From Octopus bimaculoides (lineage: Eukaryota), in assembly GCF_001194135.2 (NCBI RefSeq), contig NC_069001.1, forward strand, positions 23,484,481 through 23,548,480: DNA of 64,000 nt. The letters are read 5' to 3'. How positions within the stretch are numbered: position 1 is the first letter of the stretch; each line of letters starts with the position of its first letter. Under the pieces are notes generated by a model. That model did not search any database and was not told where the DNA came from. It saw only the letters and a program-made list of their open reading frames with translations. Of this stretch, positions 48,680-60,110 are shown one piece after another. Made by a program: the position numbers and the translations under genes.

Positions 48680-50050
48680 CATATCATCATCATCATCACC
48701 ATCATTGTCATTTAACGTTTCCTTTCCATACTGGTATGGTTTAGATGGTTCGAATGAAACTGGTAGGCTGAGGATCTGCACCAGACTGCAGTCTGATTTG
48801 GCAAGGGTTTCTACCATTGGATGCCCTTCCTAACACCAACCACCCCAAGAGTGTAATGGGTGTTTTTTACATGCCACTGGCATGGGTGCCAGTTACTTGA
48901 CACCAGCATCAACCACAACTACAGCTTCACTTGGCTTGACGAGTCTTCCAAGCATGGCATATCACCAAAGGTCTCGGTCACTATTCTTATATTTGAATAT
49001 TTGGGGCTGTAGGCGTGACTATTGTTGAGAAGCTTACTTCCCAGTTATTGGCCTGAAATTCAGTCTCACTCTGTGGTACTTAAGGCAAATGTTTTCTACT
49101 ACAACCCTGGGCCAACCAAAAGCATGAGAGTGGATCCATGTATATTTGACTATTTGGGATTGCAGACGTAGCAGTGTGGTTGAGAAACTTGCTTTCCAAT
49201 CATTGGCCTTGGGTTCAATCCCTCTGTGCAGCACCTTGGGTATGTCTTCTATTACAGTCTCAATCTATCAAAGCCTTGAGAGTAGATTTGGTAGATGGGA
49301 GCTAAAAGAAGTTTGTCATATATATAGATCCATCTATCCATCTATCTATCTGTGTGTGTGTGTGTGTGCATTGTATATCATGTATACTTATTTATATATA
49401 TACTAGCAGACATACTCGGCATTGCTCAGGATTTAAACGGCATAGTTTGTAAATATATTATAGTAAAGTTGAAACATGTGATACAGGGGAGTGCAGCATT
49501 GATGACAAAACATTTGTAGAGTAAATGAAGAGCTAATTTGACTGACATGTCATGTGTCTGTTTGGAAGATTCCAGACCCTAACCTTGTCATGAAAAAGTG
49601 GATGGTGGGTATGTGATTTTTGAATGCACCAAAAAGCTCTCAGTGGCTATACTCCCCTTTGCAGCTGTTGAAGCTACTGCTACCATGTTGAACAATCAGC
49701 AGACATAGGAACTACATCTATGGGATAAACTAAGCCTGTGGGCATGCTCATCATCATCATCATCATCATCATTTAACGTTCGTTTTCCATGCTGGTGTAG
49801 GTTGGATGGTTTCACCAGAGTTTGCAAGCTGGAGACTGCACCATGGTTTGAATGAAACTGGTAGGCTGAGGAGCTGCACCAGGTTCTAATCTGATTTGGC
49901 ATGGTTTCTATGGCTGGATGCCCTTCCTAGCACCAACCACTCCAAGAGTGTAATGGGTGCTTTTTACCCATTCGGTTTGGTTTCTAGAGCTGGACACCCA
50001 TTCTAATGCCAATCACTTTCAGTGTGTGCTAGGTGCTTTTAACATAGCAC
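48680..50050. mobile_element. Cluster: RTE 3' ends (48680-48985 and 49745-50050, minus) and two SINE A heads (49005-49345, plus)
   Basis: Diagnostic GGATGCCCTTCCTA.CACCAACCAC and TGTCTTCTA.TAC motifs. Confidence 0.8.
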
Positions 50051-50068
50051 CAGCACGTATACACGCAT

Positions 50069-50102
<34 letters not shown>

Positions 50103-50139
50103 ATACACACATGTATATTTATATATACACACATATGAT

Positions 50140-50285
50140 CGTTTCCCCACAATTTTTATCTACCATTTTCACCCACAAGGCATTGGTTGACACATAGTTA
50201 AAGTTACATGCCCGCAGTGCTGCACAGTAGAACTGAACCTGAAGCACAATGGCTGCAAAGCAAGCTTCTTAACCACACAACCATG
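50140..50285 (-). mobile_element. SINE family A, decayed head and core
   Basis: CAAGCTTCTTAACCACACAACCATG. Confidence 0.6.
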
Positions 50286-50835
50286 AAATATCTTTATTAA
50301 AATTCTAAATCTTTTTTTAACTACCATCTAGTAGCAAATAAAGTTATCAATATAATGAAACAACTAGTATTAACTTGAATATACGTGTCTCTAACAACAT
50401 ATGTTTAGTATTTCAATGAAATAATTCAAGAGACAGCATGCAAGCCAGACAATTGAGGTATTATCACTTGACAGCTAATTATCCTTGTTTTGTATTCCTC
50501 ATTGTTATCAATGTGGTCATGATTGCATGAATTCAAGTCAAATTTGGCAATAAATAAGAAATAATAATTACATAACATCATACAGAAAGTATTATACAGA
50601 ACAAGTGACATGGTGCATTACACGATTGCATTCCATACCTTCATATTTGATATTGTGTTGAATAACTGTAACTTTACCCTTGTATACACATGATAGTGGG
50701 TTGGATAAATTTATTGATTAATTGATTAACCCTGTCATGATTATATTTCTAATGACTAGGCTCCCTATGTTTCAATTAATTTTCGCTATCATGAAGAATA
50801 TGGACAGGTTTACCGGTTTAGTAAAATAGCTGTCG

Positions 50836-50884
<49 letters not shown>

Positions 50885-51568
50885 GCTGGTCTTGATCAAA
50901 ACCACAAATTCATTCAGGTTAAATGAGAGTTTTGATCAAGATATTAATTTAAATGTGAACACTTTAATGCAAATAGTCTTGGGTAGACTGGTGTCAAAAA
51001 GGTTAATCTGTTGTCAGTTTAAATCAATTGATATTTTATAGTCATCTCCAATATGCATTCATATTCTTCCCTGGACATATAACTTGGCATCCATAAGTTA
51101 TATTTGTGGTTGCTGCAAATCCAGTTGTTATTTGTCCATCTTTATTCAATGCTTAACAATCTGTATTAATTTTTGTCCACTCTTGATTCTTGTGCTACTT
51201 CCATTTTGTCTTTATCATTGCTTATCGTTGATAGCATTCTTTCATTGTGTGTCTATTCCACTCAAAGTGGTTGTCTCATCCTCCTGCCTTTATTTTGTTT
51301 GCTTAGCTATTTATTTCTTTGTGTAATTATATTTGTCCTTTTTTTTTTATGCATACAGTATCTTGGGACTGTATTATCTAATATTTCCTTCCACATTTGA
51401 AAACTTACAGATATTTTCAAAGGAAGTTTTGGAGCTGTTATCAATAGAATAAGAAATTATGTAAACATTCTCACTTTAACTTTATGCAGCTTCCTGTGTT
51501 AATATATTAATACACACACAACACACACATACATGTATGTATAAGTAAGTATATATGTGTGCATGCAC

Positions 51569-51632
<64 letters not shown>

Positions 51633-52043
51633 NNNNNNNNNNNNNNNNNNNNNNNNNNNNNNNNNNNNNNNNNNNNNNNNNNNNNNNNNNNNNNNNNNNN
51701 NNNNNNNNNNNNNNNNNNNNNNNNNNNNNNNNNNNNNNNNNNNNNNNNNNNNNNNNNNNNNNNNNNNNNNNNNNNNNNNNNNNNNNNNNNNNNNNNNNNN
51801 NNNNNNNNNNNNNNNNNNNNNNNNNNNNNNNNNNNNNNNNNNNNNNNNNNNNNNNNNNNNNNNNNNNNNNNNNNNNNNNNNNNNNNNNNNNNNNNNNNNN
51901 NNNNNNNNNNNNNNNNNNNNNNNNNNNNNNNNNNNNNNNNNNNNNNNNNNNNNNNNNNNNNNNNNNNNNNNNNNNNNNNNNNNNNNNNNNNNNNNNNNNN
52001 NNNNNNNNNNNNNNNNNNNNNNNNNNNNNNNNNNNNNNNNNNN
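51633..52043. other. Assembly gap
   Basis: N-run after (TA)n. Confidence 1.
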
Positions 52044-52470
52044 CACAAATCTTTGAAAAAACTCTTAACCAATACCAAACTACATACACCACTTCCACCC
52101 CCATCAGTTAAAAAATGTGCACGCCCTAATTGTGGTACCTGCCCCTACCTACTTGAAGGCTCTGAATTTACCTTCAAACGACGAAAAAAGTTTAAAATCA
52201 AAACCAATTTCTCTTCTTCCTCTGGGAACCTCATTTATGTCCTCACATGCGCAGGTTGCCAACACTTCTATATTGGACAGACGAACCTCCCGTTGCATAG
52301 AAGAGTAGCAGTCCATAAAGAACAAATAAATCTCCCTCAATACCGCCAAATTCCACTCAGTTGCCACATAGACTCTTGTGCCAGAAACAAAGACATTTTC
52401 ATTCTCCCTCTTCTTGAAAATTTGCAATGCAATGAGAGCCGGTTAGAAATCTATATTAAAATATGCTTTC
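52044..52470 (+). mobile_element. Penelope-like GIY-YIG endonuclease fragment
   Basis: KKCARPNCGTCPYL...NLIYVLTCAGCQHFYIGQT..LHRRVAVHK. Confidence 0.95.
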
Positions 52471-52559
52471 AGTTTAGCATTCTGCCTTATTATTATTTGT
52501 CATTTTCCTATATATACATATAGGGGGAATAAAAGAGCTTTAGGGGCTAGCAGTCAATC

Positions 52560-53182
52560 ATGACAGCTGGCTGGATAGAGGTAGTTAAACAGGAGAGCTA
52601 GGAAGTTGGGGAGATAATAAAGTATTGGAGATCCCAAAACGAAGGTGCGTGTGCGTGTGTATGTGAGAGTGTGTAAGTTTGTGTGTGTGGATAGGGGCTG
52701 GTGACCTTGATGTGTGCGTGAGTGTGTGCATCTGTAATGTGTAGGTGTGTGGTTGACGGTGTGGTTGCTGAGAAGTGGTCAGTGCTAGTGCATGCAGGGT
52801 GGTGTGATGTGGTGTGGTGGTGTGTGGTGGGGCAATGTTGGGGTGTAGTGTGGCAGTGTTGATGTGTGGGGATGCAAGGGTGGGGTGTGGGTTTCGGGTG
52901 AGGCTGTGGGTATGGTGGGGGTGGGATGTGCAGGTGTGGTGTGTGGATAGAGGGGGTAACGATGAAGGGAGAAGGTGGGTGGGAGTGAAGAGAGGAAGTA
53001 GATGTGAGATGAAGAGAGGAGAGAGGAGGAGAGTCAGGTGAAGAAGGAAGGCGAATTGAGTCCATGTAGCACAAAGGAGCAAAGAGAGAAGGTTAATTCC
53101 TGTTCATGGCGAAGGCGGGAGTTTGGATGGTCCCTGTGCAAAGACAATCCAAACACAGTCAGGTGCTGTAATGAATGACCGG
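52560..53182 (-). mobile_element. 3' end of another Penelope-like element (GIY-YIG C-terminus and low-complexity tail)
   Basis: HPNSRLRHEQELTFSLCSFVLHGLNSPSFFT* followed by CA/CCA-rich sequence. Confidence 0.65.
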
Positions 53183-53214
53183 TATATATATATATATATA
53201 TATAATATATATAT

Positions 53215-53450
53215 ATAATCTGAGTACAAGATAGTTCACAGCATTGTTAGAAATAAGAGTTCAAATGGCTCAAGACCCACAGTAAATCACTGATACACAC
53301 AGGTAAGTTCGAGAAAACAAGTATATAAAAAGCCAACTTACTGATAGTGAGTCAAAATTGTAAATGGGTTGCAGACATACTCATATCACATGATTTTGAA
53401 CCTTGTGATAAGCATTTAGGCCTCATCAGTGAGTATTAGCGATGAGGGCT
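53215..53450 (-). repeat. Truncated inverted copy of the adjacent foldback element, with hammerhead at 53377-53436
   Basis: AUACUCA CUGAUGA GGCCU..AGGUUC AAAA UCAUGUGAUA UGAGUAU: perfect 7-bp helix I; G12 replaced by A. Confidence 0.85.
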
Positions 53451-53555
53451 AAATATATTCACATTACCATGTGTGTCTTGACCATATGAATGTAGCGGCA
53501 TATTCAAAATGATTGAAGTGAATAGAATTATAAAAAAAATATATAGGGCTATTAT

Positions 53556-54021
53556 TATTAATAAAAAATAATAATGTAAGTGGCTAGCAAGCATAAAATA
53601 ACCAAAAGTGTAAAATTATTAATTTATAATCAGGATACAAGATAGTACACAGCATTGTTAGAAATAAGAGTCCAAACAGCTCAAGAACCACAGTAAATCA
53701 CTTATACACACTGGTGACCCTAGGCATTAATATTCATTGATGAGGACTAAGTGTTTATCACAAGGTTTGAAATCATGTGATATAAGTATGTCTGCAAACT
53801 CATTTTGCGATTTTCACTTACTATCAGTAAGTTGGCTTTTTATATAAGCATTTCCTCAAAATTCACCAGTGTGTATAAGTGATTTACTGTGGATCTTGAG
53901 CTTGGACTCTTATTTCTAGCAATGTTGTGTACTATCTTGTATCCTGATTATAAATTAATAATTTTACCTTTTTGGTTATTTTATGCTTGCAAGCCACTTA
54001 TATTATTATTTTTTATTAATA
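53556..54021 (+). repeat. Foldback element: about 160-bp arms (53556-53717 / 53863-54021) with hammerhead in the spacer (53730-53789)
   Basis: Arms are reverse complements; spacer AUAUUCA UUGAUGA GGACU..AGGUUU GAAA UCAUGUGAUA UAAGUAU. Confidence 0.9.
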
Positions 54022-54094
54022 CAGTGCTCCCTTTTTATAAGGCGTCTCACTATACCACATTCTACATATAACGCGGATGGTTTGATGGACATCA

Positions 54095-54200
54095 AATAAT
54101 TTGTCTTCTACTATAGCATTGAGGCATTGGGCTGACCAAAGCTTTGTGAGTGGATTTGGTAGAGAGAAACTGAAAGAAGACCATCATGTGTGTGTGTGTA
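54095..54200 (+). mobile_element. SINE family A core fragment
   Basis: GTCTTCTACTATAGC...GTGAGTGGATTTGGTAGAGAGAAACTGAAAGAAG. Confidence 0.7.
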
Positions 54201-54436
54201 TATATATGTATATATTAATTAGAATTAAGGATTAACTCTATATATGACTTTATCAGGTAGTTAGTGTGTAATAACCAGTTAATGCAATAATTAATTGAGT
54301 ACATAATTTTATAAGTATAATTATAAAGCTATATTAAGGGCAACTAGCAAGTGTTTCTACAGGCTAAGCCACATGCTAAAGGAAGATGTCAAATAGTGCT
54401 AAACTACCTTAAGTATCACATAAATACATGCATATA

Positions 54437-55329
54437 CACTACTATCCAAAAGTTTAAGATCACCTAAGCTTATTTTGAAATAAACATCTACAAATTGGAA
54501 ATAAGAGAGATTCTGGTGAAATATTTTATTAATGCATAGTTACATTCATTGGATGACATAATTAACTCAGTAACTAAACAAAACTGAAAAATCAGAGAAA
54601 AATTCTTTAATTATTAGACTCATCAAAATATCAACCCTTGGCCTTGATCCCTGCAGATCTGATTCTGGGCATTCTTTCAAGCAATGAAAGCAAATATTCA
54701 CTGATGATATATTGCCACTCTTCTTGTAAGAGTGTCCAGAGGGTTTCTGCACTACTGGATTGTTGCTTTTTGACTCTGCAGTCCAATTCATCCTTTACAA
54801 TTGTGATGGGTTGCAATCTGTGTTTTGGGCTGGCCATTCCTTTTCATTCAACTTTTTTACATCTATTTGTTACTGTAAATAGTTTTTGCATAGCTTAGAA
54901 GCATGTTTAGGATTGTTATCTTGCATCATCTTGAAATTATCACTGATCAGGCTTGTCAAAGATGGAATGGCATGATGCTGGAGGACACACTGATACCTAT
55001 TTTGGTTCAGTATTCCTGTTACCTGATGAATATCCCCAACACTATTGCCTACAAAACACCTCTAGATCATCACACTTCTGCTGCCATGCTTTACAGTTGG
55101 AACTATACATTCAGGAGTCATCCATTCACCAATTCTTCACCTCACTTAAACTCTATGCTGGGATCCAAGGATTTCAAGCTTTGATTCATCAGTCCAGAGG
55201 ATTCATTTTCATTGATCAACGGTCCAAGTTTAGTGTTTTCTGACCCATATGAGTTGCTTATATTTATTCACAAAGTGAACCAGTGGTTTTCTGGCAGTGC
55301 AATGGCCATTTAGACGAGCACCAATGAGT
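54437..55329 (-). mobile_element. Tc1-like transposon, 3' half, decayed
   Basis: TA|CACTACTATCCAAAAGTTTAAGATCAC terminus; LQPITIVKDELDCRVK...LWTLLQEEW...LLERMPRIRSAGIKAKG. Confidence 0.9.
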
Positions 55330-55757
55330 TATACGGCGCTGTCTTTGACAATCCTGTAAATAATAATAATAATGGTATTTTAGATAAGCTTAAAGCTTAT
55401 GGCGATCGCCATGCAATGACTAAAGAAAACAGTCTAATAAAAGGGCATATAAGCGCTCGACAGAAAAAAATAAGGCTTTTCCTATCCGTGTGAGACTCGA
55501 ACCCTCATCCCTTTGTTAATGCAACTAAGCATGTTACCTTTACACCTGCAAATTAGCCTCCCTGTTTCTGTCAAATTTAATAACTGTGTTAATTCATATT
55601 TGTTTTATGTAGTCAAACATTTTATATGCCTTTGGTGTGAATGGTTTTGTTATACGGCACTGTGTTTTACAATCCTGTAAATAATAATATTGGTATTTTG
55701 CATAAGCTTAAAGCTTATGGCAATCACTGTGCAATGACTTAGGAGAATAGTCTAATA
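55330..55757 (-). repeat. About 107-bp direct repeats (period 321 bp) enclosing a tRNA-like cassette (about 55483-55555)
   Basis: Repeats at 55330-55440 and 55651-55757; minus strand GGTGTAAAGGTAACATG...GGGTTCGAGTCTCACACGGATA has A and B boxes plus D, T and partial acceptor stems. Confidence 0.7.
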
Positions 55758-56008
55758 TATATACATATACATATATTGAACTCATACAGCAAATTATGCC
55801 GAATATGCTCCTTTGTCATTTCCATTGTAGCTTTGAAAAAATAACTGTTAAAATCGAACTGCACTCTTCAAAACTTGCACTAAGAATAAGGGCAAGGTAA
55901 AATTACTACCTGCTTTTATAGCAAGTTGATGCAGATAGTTTATTCCATCCCCCTCTGACTTTTAGTTTATGCAACTGAAAAGAACCACATTATTTATGAG
56001 ATGGCCCA

Positions 56009-56042
<34 letters not shown>

Positions 56043-57064
56043 TTATATTTTCAAATGTAACTTGCTAGCTTTAGTTTATGACGAGAAAGGTTTTTCTTCC
56101 TTTTTATCTTTCTTTTCTTATTTTTGTTCCTTGCTTTGGAAGAGATAGTGTCATATTGTATGTACTTTTGGTGGTTATACCCTGCAGGCTGAAGAGTCAC
56201 ATGGTAGCTGCCTTTTTTAGCCCTGAAACTGGTTGTACTGCAGCATAAGAACAAAATTTCAACTGGTAATTCACCACAGAAATGAAGAAGTATAGACATA
56301 TTTCAGAACATTTTTTTCAATACTTATTAATAGTAAATCATAAGAAAGAAATAGAAATAGAAAAGAAAAAAAGAAGACCATTATATTCCAACAATGTAAG
56401 ACAGGATGATTGTGGAAATCAGGTTGATTGAGACAAGAATTGTTGTCTGCAAACAAACTGTTGTCAGGAAACAAAACCTGCCATCTTCGTATTAGCCATG
56501 AGCAATAACCTCACACAAAATATTTGACACTAATTGGTCAATTAGAATGTGGCATCAACCAACAGTGGACAGAATCAACAACAGGAATGTATTTAGAACA
56601 AGAAAATGCACAAGGACTTTTGCATGAATATTAATACCAGCTTTTGCTAATGAGTGTGCAACACCCAGAATGTGGACAGTTTTGACTATTTTTGAACACT
56701 TTTAATAGTGAATATAATTGGAATATACACACTGGAATACATTCACAGAAAGTTAATAATCCAAGTTAATTCATGATACAAGTGAACCTGAGAAATTTTC
56801 TATCTAATAATTTGCACAGATCTAACTAGAAATCAACCTACCTACATCTCTTTTTTTTTCTCATCTCCATATTTATCTAATCTCTGTTTTCCAGCTTCCT
56901 GATATTTACATTTCCAGAAATATGAATATTTCCATACTAATCCAATAACTCTTCTTCACTCTCTGTTAGTGTGTATGTATATAAATATACGTATATGTGT
57001 GCGTGCGTAGACAGACAGATAGATAGATAGGCAGATAGACAGATATACATACATATGTATGTAC

Positions 57065-57094
<30 letters not shown>

Positions 57095-57101
<7 letters not shown>

Positions 57102-57267
57102 TAGCTGTGTGGTAAGAAGATTGCTTCCCAACTACAAGATTCTGGGTTCAATCCCACTGCATAGCAGTTTGGGGAAAAATCTCAGGCTTACTAAGTCCTT
57201 CTGAGTGGATTTGGTGGACAGAAACTAAAAGTGGCCTATCATAAATATGTGTGTGTGTGTGTGTGTG

Positions 57268-57309
<42 letters not shown>

Positions 57310-57790
57310 GAGAGAGAGAGAGAAAGAGATAGATGTGTGTGTGTGTGTGTTTGTCCCCCACCACTGCTGGACAAACAGTGTTGTTTATTTTCTTGTAACA
57401 GTCAAGGTTTGGCAAAGAGACAGATAGAAGAGGTGGTAGACTTAAGACATTAAGTATTGGGCTCAATTTGTTCAACTAAAATTCTTCAAGGCAGTGCCCT
57501 GGCATTGCCACAATCTAAAGACAGAAACAAGTAATAATCTGGATCTCTTTGGTGTGTTTATATCCCTAATATGAAATGGGGATGTAAACACACCAACACC
57601 TTTGCAAAACGAAGTTTGGACACACACACACACTCTCATAGGTTCCATCCACCATATCCACACTCAAAGCTTCAGTCAGCCCAAGGCCGTAGTAGAAGAC
57701 ACTTGTCCAAGGTGTAACACTATGGGACTGAACCTGGAACCATGTGGTTGGGAAGTAAACTTCTTACCACACAGCCATGCCTGTGCCTAT
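57095..57790. mobile_element. Two SINE family A copies tail-to-tail (57095-57535 plus; 57570-57790 minus)
   Basis: Heads and cores recognisable in both orientations. Confidence 0.85.
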
Positions 57791-58496
57791 GGAACAGACA
57801 TTACCAAACATTGTAGGGTCATGAGGAGACAAACATATACTATCCAAATCTAGCAAGTAAAATGTTTACCAGTAACAATCAAGAATGTGTACAATGAAAA
57901 TAAATACATCAGATGAAAGGAATAGAAGAGAGGGTTTTGGGTTATGTCTTTTGCCAATGAGCACTAAATGGAAATAAGAAATGTAGAAGAAAATGAATTT
58001 GAAACTTGTATAAGGATTTTACAAAACCTACTTCCATTGCAACCATTGTGAAAAAGGAAAACAGAGATTGCCAAAGCTAAACCAGAAGTGAAGCCATAAT
58101 GTGGATCTTGAAGAAAGTGGGTGAATTAGAGGAGGAGAAAGAGAAGGAAGTTGAGTGAAATAACAAAGGGGACAAAGTGAGAGAAGACCTTGATGAGAAG
58201 TGTGTGTGTGTGTGATGTGAAGTGTCGTTTAATGCAGGATGTTGTTACTTGTGTAGGTGTAAGATAACTTATAATATGTATTGGGGAATATGAAGTACAT
58301 ATATTTATTTATTCAGCGCTCATTCTTGCAATGTAATTAATCTGTTATGTAAGTGTAAATATATATATTGTGTAAACATACACATGCTACACAGAGACAT
58401 TCATATACGCATGCACAAACACATATATACATGCACAAACCCATATATACATGCACAAACACATATACGCATGCACAAACACATATACACATACAG

Positions 58497-58730
58497 GGTG
58501 GCGAGCTGGCAGAATCGTTAGCACGCCGGGTGACATTCTTAGCAGTATTTTGTCTGCCGTTACGTTCTGAGTTCAAATTCCACTGAGGTTGACTTTGCTT
58601 TTCATCCTTTCAGGGGTTGATTAAATAAGTACCAGTTACGCACTGGGCTTGATGTAATTGACTTAAACTCTTTATCTGTCCTTATTTGTCCTCTCTATGT
58701 TTAGCCCCCTGTGGGCAATAAAGAAAGAAA
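58497..58730 (+). mobile_element. Nin-domain-like SINE (family B), near full length
   Basis: GGTGGCGAGCTGGCAGAATCGTTAGCACGCCGGG...GAGTTCAAATTCC...GTGGGCAATAAAGAAAG. Confidence 0.9.
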
Positions 58731-58753
58731 TATTTTCATACACACATATATGC

Positions 58754-58789
<36 letters not shown>

Positions 58790-58845
58790 CATACTGCTAT
58801 ATAACTTAGAGTGTGCTTCTTTTCTGGATTTATGCTTTACCAACA

Positions 58846-58883
<38 letters not shown>

Positions 58884-59551
58884 TTATATAATTCATCCTC
58901 TGCACAGTGAACAGCAAGAATCAAAACAATGACTTGCATATTTCTATTTAATACTTTCTACTTGATTTGAACCTGAATATGTTGTTCCCTGATGTGTTTT
59001 GTCACTGAAGAACAACTTCTCCTTTTTGATGACTGCATGTTCATAACAGACTTGATTCATTAGCACATGGGACTCAATGCAGTCTCTCAACCTACTAGAT
59101 ACTGTAGCTAAGTTTTCCTCACATCATACTTACCATCTTTTTAAAAGGTTACACTAGATAATGTAGTCCTAGATACACTATCTATGGGAGTAAAATGAAA
59201 CAGCTGAGATGGGGATATTTGAACATATGTCTCTTTACATGATCAGGGGACAAACAGCAATGCAACAACTCTGTTCCATATTTTCCAATCCTAAACACCA
59301 TTAGCCCTTAAGAATCAATGCTTAATTTTATTCCCATTTGATTCAGTGACAGTCTAATAAAACTCCCACATAATTTGTTACATATTTCATATAGTTAACA
59401 GAACTGAAGTATTTATGATAAAGTGCCTGCTCCTAAAGTACAATGGCATGCTTAGAGCCTGGTTTTGATTCACAAACTTTAGTTGTCACACTTATCAATA
59501 TTTATTCACTAAAACTCTTACAATCTAACTGCTGGCAGTACTGGTAGAAAC

Positions 59552-59600
59552 TATTTTTTACTGATGAGGTCTGATAAGATTGAAACATGTTCAGAATTGT
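59552..59600 (+). ncRNA. Degenerate hammerhead-like core
   Basis: CUGAUGA GGUC UGAUAA GAUU GAAAC AU GUU; helix I is weak. Confidence 0.35.
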
Positions 59601-59974
59601 AACCAAATTTAGTAAAGATAAGACTTACTCCCCACTACATACCTATGGACTATCTTTAATTAATATCAATTTAAATTTCAGGATTGTCTACCCTGCTTTT
59701 CTCGATCCGGACTAATCATTAAGCTTATGCTTCTTTCACTTTACTGCAAGAGTAATTTCAATTAAGTAGCATTTCTTGGCCTAACTGCATAAGATATAGT
59801 TACATCCACTTTACTAGCAAACTGGGGTTTGGCATATTTTTTTCTTGGTAATCTTCCTCCTATGATCTTGCTTCACTAAATAACTCTCACAGGTTTAAAT
59901 AACTGTTTATAAATATAGAACAGGAACTTATTGTTATTTTTGTTTTGGTATTTCCTTTGACTGTTCATTCTAAG

Positions 59975-60110
59975 TTCAAATGCTGATGAGGTCAACTTTG
60001 CCTTTCATCCTTTGGGGGTTGATAAAATAAATGCTAATTGAACACTAGAGGATGCTATCAACTTCCCTTCTCCTCAAAATTGCTGGCCTTTGCCAAAATT
60101 AAAAAGAATT
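59975..60110 (+). mobile_element. Family B SINE fragment
   Basis: GAGGTCAACTTTGCCTTTCATCCTTTGGGGGTTGATAAAATAA. Confidence 0.75.

Noticed and set aside
50726-51006. Third complete piggyBac MITE
   Set aside because: TTAA flanks are present but the left end (CCCTGTCATGA) does not match the right end (CCTTTTTGACACCA); more likely two unrelated partial elements.
2180-52111. Long ORFs of 100-394 aa in the ORF track containing X-runs or YIYI/HTHT/CVCV repeats
   Set aside because: They read through N gaps and (TA)n/(CA)n microsatellites and are not proteins.
37290-52470. The 37.3-kb RT and 52.0-kb GIY-YIG pieces as two halves of one split Penelope element
   Set aside because: They overlap over the KSLK..CGTCP..IK.NF region with many differences, so they are separate copies.
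52585-53082. 165-aa His/Thr/Pro-rich ORFs
   Set aside because: Low-complexity tail of a Penelope-like element with no domain content.
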